64,000 nt of DNA from Chloroflexia bacterium (GTDB lineage: Bacteria; Chloroflexota; Chloroflexia; Thermomicrobiales; CADCWN01): contig JAXLWN010000008.1 of assembly GCA_046328475.1 (NCBI GenBank), positions 46,532 to 110,531 of the forward strand, in the 5' to 3' direction. Numbering within the stretch: position 1 is the stretch's first letter; every line of letters begins with the position of its first letter. This document shows, in pieces, positions 1 to 8,749 of this stretch. The notes under the pieces are model-generated. The model did not search any database. It was not told the origin of the DNA and saw only the letters and a list, made by a program, of their open reading frames with translations. The position numbers and the translations under genes were made by a program.

Positions 1-1
1 G

Positions 2-748
2 TCGACCGGGCTGCTGAAGGTCGTGAGCCGCCTGCGCGGCCGGGGAAAGGCGGCGAGCGCCGCGCCGACGCACGAGGATGGCGTCTCCCGCCGCCAGCGG
101 CAATTGCGCAACCCGGCCATCCGCTTCGCCTGGTCGTGGCTGGTGGCGCTCGATCAGGTCGGCACCTACCTCTGGCGGGTCCACCTCCCCGCCCGCCTTG
201 GGCGCGTCGTCGTCGCCGACCGCTACGCCTACGACACGGCGGCCGAGATGGACGCGACGCTGCCGCGCGACGACCGCTGGAGCAGGCTGGCGATCCGGGC
301 GATGCTGCGGCTCGTCCCGCGCCCGCAGGCGGCCTTTGTCCTCGCCGTGCCGCAGGCGCTCACGGAGCAGCGGCGGCGCGACGAGGTCTGGGGAGCCGAG
401 CCGGAGATCGAGCGCGAGCGCTATCGCGCACTGGCGGAGGCCCACGGGCTGCGCGTCGTGCCGAACGACGGCACCTTCGCCGACTGCAACGACACCATCT
501 TCCGCGTGATCATGGCGACCTACATGGTCGACTTCGGCACGCCGCTGAACGGCCTCTTCGGCTGCAACCCGGACCAGAAGAATCGCCCCGACACGGTCTG
601 GCGCTGCGCGGAGACACGGCGGGCGCTGATCGAGCTGCAAGTTGCAGGTTTGCAAGTTTCAAGTTTCTCCATTAGCGATGTCCTGGAACTCGATAACCTG
701 GAACCTGCCAACCTGCAACCTGCAACCATCGTTGAGGTAGCCCGATGA
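2..748 (+). CDS. 5'-truncated ORF, thymidylate-kinase-like (P-loop nucleotide kinase) C-terminal part; tail is translated through a repeat hairpin
   Basis: Open from the window edge in the frame of ORF 23..748. '...VVVADRYAYDT...' resembles dTMP-kinase-like kinases. The stop TGA overlaps the ATG of the next gene (ATGA 745-748). The last ~35 codons are encoded by repeat tract 635-727. Confidence 0.4.
   Translation, partial: STGLLKVVSRLRGRGKAASAAPTHEDGVSRRQRQLRNPAIRFAWSWLVALDQVGTYLWRVHLPARLGRVVVADRYAYDTAAEMDATLPRDDRWSRLAIRAMLRLVPRPQAAFVLAVPQALTEQRRRDEVWGAEPEIERERYRALAEAHGLRVVPNDGTFADCNDTIFRVIMATYMVDFGTPLNGLFGCNPDQKNRPDTVWRCAETRRALIELQVAGLQVSSFSISDVLELDNLEPANLQPATIVEVAR
635..727. repeat. Inverted heptamer-repeat tract (GCAGGTT-like arm / AACCTGC-like arm)
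   Basis: Left arm 635-667 'ctgcaagttgcaggtttgcaagtttcaagtttc'. Right arm 695-727 'aacctggaacctgccaacctgcaacctgcaacc'. The arms are imperfectly complementary. Confidence 0.8.
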
Positions 749-1731
749 AGGTACTGATCGTCACCAACATGTACCCGACGAAGGAGCGGCCCTCGTTCGG
801 CACCTTCGTGAAGGATCAGGTCAACGCGCTGCGCGCGGCCGGGGTCGAGATCGACGTCTTCTTCTTCAACGGTCGCCGCAGCAAGATCGAATACCTGACG
901 GCACTGCCCCACCTCTGGTGGCACTTGCTGCGGCACCGCTACGACCTGATCCACGCGCACTACGTCCTGGCCGGGGTCATCGCTCGCGGGCAGATCGGCC
1001 ACAAGGTGGTCCTGACCCACCACGGCGGCGAGGCGCTGGGGCACCAGCCCTTCCAGGCCAAGCTCTGCCGCTGGCTGACGCCGCTCTGCGACGAGACGAT
1101 CCACGTCACCGAGCAGATCCGCCGGGTGATCGGCGACGACGATGGCTGGGTGATCCCCTGCGGCGTCGATATCGACCGCTTCACACCCCAGCCGCGCGAC
1201 GAGGCTCGCGAGCAACTCGGGCTGCCGCTCGACAAGCCGCTGGTCCTCTTCGCGGGCGAGCACTGGCGACCGGAGAAGCAGTTCTGGCTCGTCAAGGCGG
1301 CGATGGCGCGGGTGCAGGAGAGCCTGCCCGAGGCCGAGCTGGTCCTGCTGACCGGGAAGCCGCACGCGACCGTCCCGACCTACATGGCCGCCTGCGACGC
1401 GCTGATCCTCACCTCCAGCTTCGAGGGTTCGCCGATGGTGGTGAAGGAAGCGATGGCGATGAATCTGCCGATCGTCGCGGTGCAGGTTGGCGACGTGCCG
1501 GAGGTGATCGGGGAGACGCCCGGCTGCGCCATCGCCAGGCGCGACCCGGCCGATGTTGCGAACAAATTGGTCGCGGTGCTGCGCCGACCACGGCGCACCG
1601 ACGGGCGGATGCGGATCGAGCACCTGCGCCACGACCGGATCGCCCAGCGGATCATCGAGGTCTACCACAAGGCGCTGCAGCCGCGCCGCAAGGTGCGCCA
1701 GCGGGCGGTCGAGCAGGGAGAGGGGCGATGA
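745..1731 (+). CDS. Glycosyltransferase family 4 (group 1 GT)
   Basis: 328-aa ORF 'MKVLIVTNMYPTKERPSFGTFVKDQ...' with a C-terminal 'FEGSPMVVKEAMAMNLPIVA' E-x7-E type motif. Start and stop overlap the neighbouring genes. Confidence 0.9.
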   Translation: MKVLIVTNMYPTKERPSFGTFVKDQVNALRAAGVEIDVFFFNGRRSKIEYLTALPHLWWHLLRHRYDLIHAHYVLAGVIARGQIGHKVVLTHHGGEALGHQPFQAKLCRWLTPLCDETIHVTEQIRRVIGDDDGWVIPCGVDIDRFTPQPRDEAREQLGLPLDKPLVLFAGEHWRPEKQFWLVKAAMARVQESLPEAELVLLTGKPHATVPTYMAACDALILTSSFEGSPMVVKEAMAMNLPIVAVQVGDVPEVIGETPGCAIARRDPADVANKLVAVLRRPRRTDGRMRIEHLRHDRIAQRIIEVYHKALQPRRKVRQRAVEQGEGR

Positions 1732-2552
1732 CGACGCTGGCCCAGCAGGCGTTCCACGTTGTCTGCGCGAAGGACTCGCGGCAGGCACCCACGCGCTACG
1801 AGGCGGAGTTTCTGGCGCGCTTCCGCTCGATGGAGACCTTCATCGCGCGCTACGACGGTCGGCTCGACTTCACCGGGAAGCGGATCCTCGACGTCGGCTC
1901 GGGGCTGGGCAGCCCGGCGATCTTGATGGCGGGACGCGGCGCGGCGCATGTCGTGGGCGCGGATATCATCCCGCGCGATGTCGATTTCGCCCGGCGCAAG
2001 CTGGCGAGCGAGTACGTCCACCTGGCCGACAAGGTCGAGTTCCGGCTGATTCGCGACTTCGCGGACCTGGGCGACGAGAAGTTCGACCTGATCATCTCCA
2101 AGGATAGCTTCGAGCACTACGCCGACCCGGAGGGGTTTGTCCCGGCGATGCTCAAGCTCCTGGCCCCCGGCGGCGAGCTGGCGATCGGCTTCGGGCCGCT
2201 CTGGAAGTCGCCCTACGGCGGCCACATCAAGTACATGACGCGCCTCCCCTGGGCGCACCTCCTCTTCTCGGAGGCGGTCATCCTGCGCGAGCGCGAACGC
2301 TTCTTCCCGGACCAGCGCGTGAAGTCCTACGGCGAGATTGTCGGCGGCCTGAATCAGATGACCCTGGCGCGCTTCGAGTCGATCATCGCGGCAAACCACC
2401 TGGAGCAGGTCTACTTCCGCGCCAACGCCAGCCGCCACCCCGCCGCCCGCTTCGCCTCCCTCGCCTCCCGCCTCCCCTTCGCCCGGGAGTATCTGACGTT
2501 CAACGTGTATGGGCTGTGGCGAGCGAAGTCGGGCAGTCGGGCAGTCGGATAG
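1728..2552 (+). CDS. Class I SAM-dependent methyltransferase
   Basis: The ATG at 1728 overlaps the upstream stop (ATGA). Contains the motif-I SAM-binding sequence 'ILDVGSGLGSPAILMA'. This is the 3' part of the long ORF 918..2552; the upstream part of that ORF is shadow. The stop TAG lies inside an octamer repeat array. Confidence 0.85.
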   Translation: MTTLAQQAFHVVCAKDSRQAPTRYEAEFLARFRSMETFIARYDGRLDFTGKRILDVGSGLGSPAILMAGRGAAHVVGADIIPRDVDFARRKLASEYVHLADKVEFRLIRDFADLGDEKFDLIISKDSFEHYADPEGFVPAMLKLLAPGGELAIGFGPLWKSPYGGHIKYMTRLPWAHLLFSEAVILRERERFFPDQRVKSYGEIVGGLNQMTLARFESIIAANHLEQVYFRANASRHPAARFASLASRLPFAREYLTFNVYGLWRAKSGSRAVG

Positions 2553-2628
2553 TCGGGTAGTCGGATAGAGGAATCCCCTCGTTACTCGTCACTCACTCAG
2601 CACTCAGCACTCAGCACTCAGCACTCGG
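2525..2628. repeat. Octamer array (NNAGTCGG)x5 followed by heptamer arrays (GTTACTC-like, CACTCAG x4-5)
   Basis: AGTCGG recurs at 2527, 2535, 2543, 2551 and 2559 (period 8). CACTCAG recurs at 2594, 2601, 2608 and 2615, with a degenerate copy at 2622. Confidence 0.9.
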
Positions 2629-2635
2629 AGGTACG

Positions 2636-3847
2636 ATGGCCGCAAAGCGCAACGCAAATCCCGCAGTCTGCATCATCCGGCACAACTACTATCCCGACAG
2701 CCATGTGCGGCGGGATGCCGAGGCGCTGGAGCGGACGGGGCACGATGTGCATGTGATCGCGCTGCGCCGTCCGGGACAGGCGGCGCGAGAGGTTGTGCAG
2801 GGCGTGACGGTCCACCGCCTGCCGGTGGAGCATCACCGGGGCACGGTGCTGCGCTACGCCTGGGAGTACCTGTCATTCGCCATCCTGGCCTGCCTGACCG
2901 TGGCGCGGCTGCACCTGCGGCGGCGCTTCCGGGTGGTCGAGGTGGACAGCATGCCCGACGTGCTGGTCTTCAGCGCGATCATCCCGAAGCTGCTCGGCGC
3001 GAAGGTGATTCTCTACATCTTCGACAACATGCCCGAACTGCTGCAAGTGATCTGGAAGGTGAAGCCGAGCCACCCGCTGGTGCGCATCCTGGCCTGGATG
3101 GAGCGGCTGAGCGCCGGGTTCGCTGACCGGGTGATCGTCAGCCAGGAGACGGCGCGGCAGGTCGTGATCGCGCGCGGCGTGCCCGAGGCGAAGGTGTCGG
3201 TGGTGCTGAACAGCGCCGACGAGGCGATCTTCCACCAGCGCCCGCGCCTGGTCGAGTCGCGGGCCACCGGGGCATTTGAGATCGTCACGCACGGCGCGAT
3301 CCTGGAACGCTACGGCGTGCAAACACTGATCGACGCGGTGCCGCTGCTGGTCAAGCAGGGCCTGGACGTGTGTGTGCAAGTCTTCGGCGAGGGGGAATAC
3401 GGCAAGTCGCTGCAAGACCTGGCGCGGCGCAAGGGCGTGGCCGACCGGGTCATCTTCCGGGGCTTCGTGCCGCAGGACGAGTTGCTGGCGACGCTCGCGC
3501 GCGCCGATCTCGGCTACGTCGGGATGCTCTGCGACCTGATGCTCTCCAACAAGCTGGTCGAGTACGTCTCGCTCGGCATCCCCGCCGTCGTCCCGCGCTG
3601 GCCCACGTTCGAGCACTACTTCCCCGACGACACCGTGACCTACTACGACGCGGGCGATGCCAAATCCCTCGCAGCGGCCATCGTCGCGGTCGCCGAGAAC
3701 CCCGAAGCAGCCCGCATCCGCGCCGCCCGCGCGACGGCCATCTACCAGGGCTACCGCTGGTCGGTGCAGCAACAGGCCTACGTCGGGATCTTCGAGGAGT
3801 TGATGACTGGCCCCCGCATGGCGCAGTCGAGCCAGCCAGCGGATTGA
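2636..3847 (+). CDS. Glycosyltransferase family 4
   Basis: 403-aa ORF preceded by the RBS GGAGG. The pattern 'ICIIRHNYYPDSHVRRDAEAL...GHDVHVIAL' is typical of WbuB-like GT4 enzymes. Confidence 0.9.
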   Translation: MAAKRNANPAVCIIRHNYYPDSHVRRDAEALERTGHDVHVIALRRPGQAAREVVQGVTVHRLPVEHHRGTVLRYAWEYLSFAILACLTVARLHLRRRFRVVEVDSMPDVLVFSAIIPKLLGAKVILYIFDNMPELLQVIWKVKPSHPLVRILAWMERLSAGFADRVIVSQETARQVVIARGVPEAKVSVVLNSADEAIFHQRPRLVESRATGAFEIVTHGAILERYGVQTLIDAVPLLVKQGLDVCVQVFGEGEYGKSLQDLARRKGVADRVIFRGFVPQDELLATLARADLGYVGMLCDLMLSNKLVEYVSLGIPAVVPRWPTFEHYFPDDTVTYYDAGDAKSLAAAIVAVAENPEAARIRAARATAIYQGYRWSVQQQAYVGIFEELMTGPRMAQSSQPAD

Positions 3848-3850
3848 GAG

Positions 3851-4041
3851 ACCTCACCCCCCGGCCCCCTCTCCCGCGAGGAGAGGGGGTGACGTGTTCC
3901 CCAGGCAGTAGCATGAATGGGGGTGAGTGCCACCCTACGGCGTATCCAGCCCCTACCGTGGTTCGTGACCTTCCCCTCTCCTCGCGGGCGGGTACCCCCC
4001 GAAGGGAGGGTGCGGTGCCGCCCGCAGGCGGCGGGGTGAGG
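3851..4041. repeat. Composite of REP-like family A modules in inverted orientation
   Basis: 3851-3890 'cctcaccccccggccccctctcccgcgaggagaggggg'. 3973-4041 'cccctctcctcgcgggcgggtaccccccgaagggagggtgcggtgccgcccgcaggcggcggggtgagg'. Confidence 0.8.
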
Positions 4042-4047
4042 TCTCCC

Positions 4048-6497
4048 CTACGGCGCTTCCCGCGCCCCGAGGTCGGGCGCAGCGCCGCGATAGTCGATCC
4101 CCGCACGGTCGGCAATATTCGGAACAGGAGTGCCAGCATCGATTTGCGGCGAACCGGCAGCAAGCGTGAGATTACCATTCGTGGGATCGGCGAGGCCGGG
4201 TTCGGTGCGGAAGGCACCGCCCTGATCGCCGCGATTGCTGTTGGCCCCCTGGCCGCTCGCTGTGCGGTAGGCCCCGACCGAGCCGCGATTGCCGCCGTAG
4301 CTGATGCCGCGATCGGTCGCGGCGGTGGCGAAGAAGTCGAAATCCTCGTCCCAGTGGTCGGCGGTGCCGGGGGTGTTGGACGGCGCGGCGAAGCCGTAGC
4401 GGGTCATGCGGAAGATGTTGTTCCGCAGGTAGAACCGCTCGCTGTTCGGCCCGCCCCCGGCGTACTGATTGCCGCCATCGGCCCCGGCGTCGCTGGTCCA
4501 GAAAGTATTGTTGATCACGAAGATGCGCGCGGCGGGCGCGCTATTGCCCGAATACTTGAAGCCGACGACCCCCACGCCCTTGTTGCCGCGCCCGTCGGCC
4601 CCGACGCCCATCGCGCCGAGTTGCCAGATTTCGTTGCGGAAGAAGTAGACCGGGCCATAGGCGAGCGGGCCGGTCGAGAGCGCGGTCGAGACATATTCGA
4701 GCCGGTTGTTCCAGATGCGCCAGTTGATCCCCTGCTGCTCCGGTTCGAACGAGTCGTCGGCGATGTGGCGCAGGAGATTGTCGTGCATGTCGTTGTCTTG
4801 CTGCGCGTAGCGGTCGAAATCCTGGTTGTAGCCACCGACACCATTGAAGAAACCGTCGATCGTGTTGTAGCGCACGACGAGGCGGTGCGCCCCACCCCGC
4901 CCGCCGACCGCGCCGGTCTCGGCCTCCGCGCCGACGCGGCTCCAACTCGTCGCCTGGCCGTTGATGCGGAGGTCGCTCTTCACGAAGTTCCAGGGAATCG
5001 CGGGCCAGGCCGGGTCGATGGACCAGGTGCCGGTATCGACGAAGCGGTTCCGCTCCACCAGTTGGTCGGAGCTGTAGGTGGACGGCTTGCCGTCGCCGCC
5101 ACTATCGGCGCGGTGCGACAGGCTGGCGAGCAAGAAGAGGTTGTGATCGACAACGCCCCCCGAGGAATCCGGCTGGTACCAGAGATCGATCGAGCGGAGT
5201 TCGAAGCCGCTGATCCGCACCTGCTCGCCGTAGACATTCCAGCGATTCGCCTTCAGCCCATCCGGCTCGGCGTAGACGGCGGCGAAGAAGCTGTTCGGGT
5301 CGCGGTCGCCGGGGAGGCGGGCGTAGAGGTCGTTGCCGAACGCGGTGAAGCCGAAGTTGTAGGTCTCGTTGCGATAGAGGACTTCGGCCCAGCCCTCCGG
5401 CGTCTCCAGCGTGTAGCCGTTCGACTGGCCCTTCTTCAGCGCCCAGTAGGCGATGCGCTGCGGCACCGCCCCCCGGTCAGTCGCCACCGACAGGCGCGTG
5501 GCGTCGGCCACCGGGCTGTTCGCCCACTTCCAGACCGTGTAATCCTGGCCCGTCGCCGGACCTTTCAGCGTCACTTTCACCCAGGAGCCCTCACCCGGCG
5601 AGGAGAAGGTCTGCGGTTCGACCACCGAGCGCGTCCCGGCGTTGATCGGCTCGCGATTGTCGTCTACGGCGGGATGCTCGGCGATCAGGGTGAGCGGTGC
5701 CTCGCGCGGGACCGCCGGGGGCGCGTACGAGCCGGGGGCGACGCGCACCACCGCGCCCGCCGGGGCATCTTTCAGCGCCTTGTCGAGCGTGAGCCAGGGA
5801 TGGTCCGCGCTGCCATCCGCCTCGTCGTCGCCGGTAGGGCTGACGAAGTGGGTCGGCTTCAGCGCGGAGACGGCGGGCAGCTTGTCGGCGCGGGTCTGCG
5901 TCGTGCCGGTGATGACCGGCTCGCCGCGCACGCCGTCGGGGTCATCCAGCGTGATCCGCAGGTCGTACTTCTTCCCCGCATCGAGCAGCAAGATGGAACC
6001 GTAGAACGCGCGCCGCTTGTCGTCGTCGGTGGGGCCGGTGCGCCAGAGGGCGAGGCCGGCGCGCCACTCGGTCGCGCCGGACGGCCCTTGAACTCGACAT
6101 TGGCGGTGGCGTTGCCGTTGTCATCGCCGTTGAAGAAGAGTTCGATCCCGATGTTGGCGTAGGTCGCGGAGAGGTTCAGGTTCCCGGCGGCGACGGCGTT
6201 CGGCGTATTGAGCACGGTCGGCACGCGCGTCGCGGCGGGCGGCGTGGCGGTCGCGCGCGGCGAGGGCGTAGCAACGGAGGCCGGGGACGAGCCGACGGCG
6301 GCGGTGGGTGGTGCCGACGACGGTGGTGGAGTCGTTACGGCAGCAGTCGGTTCGGGCGAGATGGCCGCGACAACCGGCGTGGGCGTCGGGCTCGCCTCGG
6401 TCAGCTTGCCACCGACGAAGGCGCCGCACCCGGCGGCGACCAGCATACAGACCACGATCAACCCGAGTGCGAGCAGGCGCGGGATCGGGCGCATCAT
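4048..6497 (-). pseudogene. Secreted lipoprotein with a right-handed parallel beta-helix (DUF1565/pectate-lyase-like) domain, interrupted by one frameshift as sequenced
   Basis: ATG at 6497 gives 'MMRPIPRLLALGLIVVCMLVAAGCG' (lipobox), then a Pro/Thr/Ala linker and '...NATANVEFKG'. The frame changes near 6084-6089. The protein continues as 'SGATEWRAGLALWRTGPTDDDKRRAFYGSILLLDAGKKYDLRITL...' in the frame of ORF 4048..5991. 'HFVSPTGDDEADGSADHPWLTLDKAL' is the classic beta-helix N-cap. Confidence 0.75.
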
Positions 6498-6560
6498 CGC
6501 CTCCGCGTCGCGGCGGTCGCCGGGATTAAGATCGCGGAGCGGAGCGGACAACGGTAAACC

Positions 6561-7265
6561 ATGCGAACCATGATACGCGGCGGGGGGTCGTTCTCCAAGC
6601 ACAATCCGGCGCAATTGGCTGGGCTATTGCTCCTACTTTTCGTCGGACTAACCGGGCTAGTCCTCGCGGGCGCGACCGATACCCTCGATATGGCCGTGTC
6701 GCGCGCGGTCATCGGCGCGGATCCCCACTGGCTCACCACGCTGCTCGGCCGGGCCACAACAGCGGCGGTCCCGCTGATCGCGCTGCTGGTGGTGCCGGTC
6801 GGCTGGTCGCTGCTGCGCCGCCGCGAGCGATTCGCGCTCCTGATCGTTGGCAGCAGCCTGGGTAGCTCCGCGCTCAACCTCGCGCTCAAGCTCGCGCTGC
6901 GCCACAACCCGCCGGATGGCGGCGGCATCGGGCGACCGATCGACTGGCGCAGCTCACCCCTCGCCGTCGCGCAGCAAATCAGCGACAGCTACAGCTACCC
7001 CAGCGGCCACGTCGCCTCGGCAATCGTGGCGCTGGGACTCTGGCTCCTCTGGCTCTGGCCGGTCCTGCCGCGCGCAGCCCGAATCGCCCTGCTCGTCGTC
7101 GCGGCGGGATACGTAGCCTTGCTGGCCTACAGCCGGATCTACCTCGGCCATCACGTCCTGACCGATATCCTGGGTGGCCTGCTGATCAGCGGGGCATGGC
7201 TGGCGGGAACACTCTGGCTTAACCAGAGAATCGAGAGGACGGATTCTTCGCGGTGCTCAGAATGA
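6561..7265 (+). CDS. PAP2-family membrane phosphatase
   Basis: Several TM segments plus the PAP2 motifs 'SYPSGH' and 'SRIYLGHHVLTD'. Confidence 0.85.
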   Translation: MRTMIRGGGSFSKHNPAQLAGLLLLLFVGLTGLVLAGATDTLDMAVSRAVIGADPHWLTTLLGRATTAAVPLIALLVVPVGWSLLRRRERFALLIVGSSLGSSALNLALKLALRHNPPDGGGIGRPIDWRSSPLAVAQQISDSYSYPSGHVASAIVALGLWLLWLWPVLPRAARIALLVVAAGYVALLAYSRIYLGHHVLTDILGGLLISGAWLAGTLWLNQRIERTDSSRCSE

Positions 7266-7295
7266 CAGGAGAAAGCTCTACCTCTCCCTGCCATG

Positions 7296-7394
7296 CTGAG
7301 CGCAGCGAAGCATCCGTCCCCACTCTCATCTCTCTTCTCTCCTCTCTCTTCTCTCCTCGTCCCTCTCACGACTCACGACTCACGACTCACGACT
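7296..7394. repeat. CT-rich tract plus (CACGACT)x4
   Basis: 'ctctcttctctcctctctcttctctcc' followed by CACGACT at 7367, 7374, 7381 and 7388. Confidence 0.9.
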
Positions 7395-8644
7395 CGTCCC
7401 GGCCGCAAGAACCAGGTCCCGGTCGCGAGGAGCGCGCCACCGAGCCCGGCGGCGGCAGTGAAGAAGCCGAGGCCATTGAAGCCACTGCTGATGATCAGCG
7501 GGCCGCCAACCGTGGTGGCGACGAGCCAGCCGACACTGGAGCCGGTGATGTTGAGCCCCATCACCGCGCCGCGCGCCTCGCCCGAGACCTCGCTGAGCGA
7601 GGTGAGCAGCAAGAGTCGCCCGACCGCGTTCACCAGGGTGTAGACAAAGCCGAGCGCGACCGAGAAGACGACCGAGTGGTGCCACATCAGCGCCGGGAAC
7701 GCCAGCAGGCCGGTGATCGTGGAGGTGACAGCGAAGACGAGCGGCCGGGCGCGGAAGCGATCCGCAAGGCGACCACCGACCAGATTGCCGCCCAAGTTGC
7801 CGGCCGCGACGACCGACAGCCCGATCGCCAGCGCCCCGAGCGTCACGCCGTAGGTCGTTTGCAGGTACGTCGGGAAGAAGACGACCACCCCGGAATAGCA
7901 GAGGCGCTCGGTGATGCCGCAGAGCAGGAGCGCGATCGTCGGGTAGTTGAGCAGCCGCACCATCTCCCGGAAGGGCAGCGGCTTGGTCCGCTGCTGCGAA
8001 CCGCCGCGCGGCACCACCAGCCAGACCAACGCCGCCGCGACGATCATCGCGATGCCGTAGGAGAGGAACGCGCCGCGCCAGCCGAGCAACCCACCCGCGC
8101 TGGTGATCAGCGGCACCCCGACGACGAGCGAGAGCGATTGCCCGGTGGAGAGCCAGCCGAGTGCCCGCCCGCGTTCGGTCGCGGGGAAGCGGTCGGCGAC
8201 GGTGGCGAAGACCGCCCCCATGTACGACCCGCCGCCCAGCCCACCGATCACGCGCCAGGCCGCGACGCCGAAGTAGGTGGAGGACCAGGCCACGCCGAGC
8301 GGCGAGAGGACCAGGATACAGAGCCCGCCGAGCAGGATCGGCTTGCGCCCCAACCGGTCGGACGCCGTCCCGGCGACGAGGGAGGCGAAGCCCCAGGTGA
8401 TGCTCGACAGTGCGACGAGATTGGCGACCGCCGCGAGGTCGGTGCCGAGGTCGCGCGACATGTCGATCAGGAACGGGGAGACGGCGACGCCATTGCCCGT
8501 GACCAGAAACGTGGCGAAGCAGAGCGCCAGCAGCATCAGCAACCGCTCGCGCGAGGCGCGCGTGGTGCCGAGATCGGCGTTGGGCAGCGCACTGGAGACT
8601 GGGGCAGACGTCGGCTCGTCGAGGACAGCTGGCGCTCGCGACAT
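7373..8644 (-). CDS. MFS transporter
   Basis: Polytopic membrane protein with MFS motif A 'GTASDRLGRKPILLGG'. Start taken at 'MSRAPAV' (alternative 8671). The C-terminal 'VVSRES*' and the stop codon are encoded by the heptamer array. Confidence 0.85.
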   Translation of the reverse strand: MSRAPAVLDEPTSAPVSSALPNADLGTTRASRERLLMLLALCFATFLVTGNGVAVSPFLIDMSRDLGTDLAAVANLVALSSITWGFASLVAGTASDRLGRKPILLGGLCILVLSPLGVAWSSTYFGVAAWRVIGGLGGGSYMGAVFATVADRFPATERGRALGWLSTGQSLSLVVGVPLITSAGGLLGWRGAFLSYGIAMIVAAALVWLVVPRGGSQQRTKPLPFREMVRLLNYPTIALLLCGITERLCYSGVVVFFPTYLQTTYGVTLGALAIGLSVVAAGNLGGNLVGGRLADRFRARPLVFAVTSTITGLLAFPALMWHHSVVFSVALGFVYTLVNAVGRLLLLTSLSEVSGEARGAVMGLNITGSSVGWLVATTVGGPLIISSGFNGLGFFTAAAGLGGALLATGTWFLRPGRVVSRES

Positions 8645-8749
8645 CGGCAATCCTGTTTCGAAACAGTGCAATGGTCCAGATTACGCGTCGCGTGCAGGGT
8701 AGCACGTTCCGCCATCACGCACCAACTGACATTGAGGGCGTTGCGGGCA

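Noticed and set aside
3370-6162. 930-aa plus-strand ORF, together with similar very long ORFs: 9738..12020 (-), 21506..26392 (+, 1628 aa), 36317..38701 (+), 47291..49054 (-), 52716..54551 (+) and 61700..63514 (-).
   Set aside because: Each lies antisense to, or out of frame with, a gene that has clear family signatures. Their translations are Arg/Ala/Gly/Pro-rich with no motifs, as expected for stop-poor shadow frames in very GC-rich DNA.
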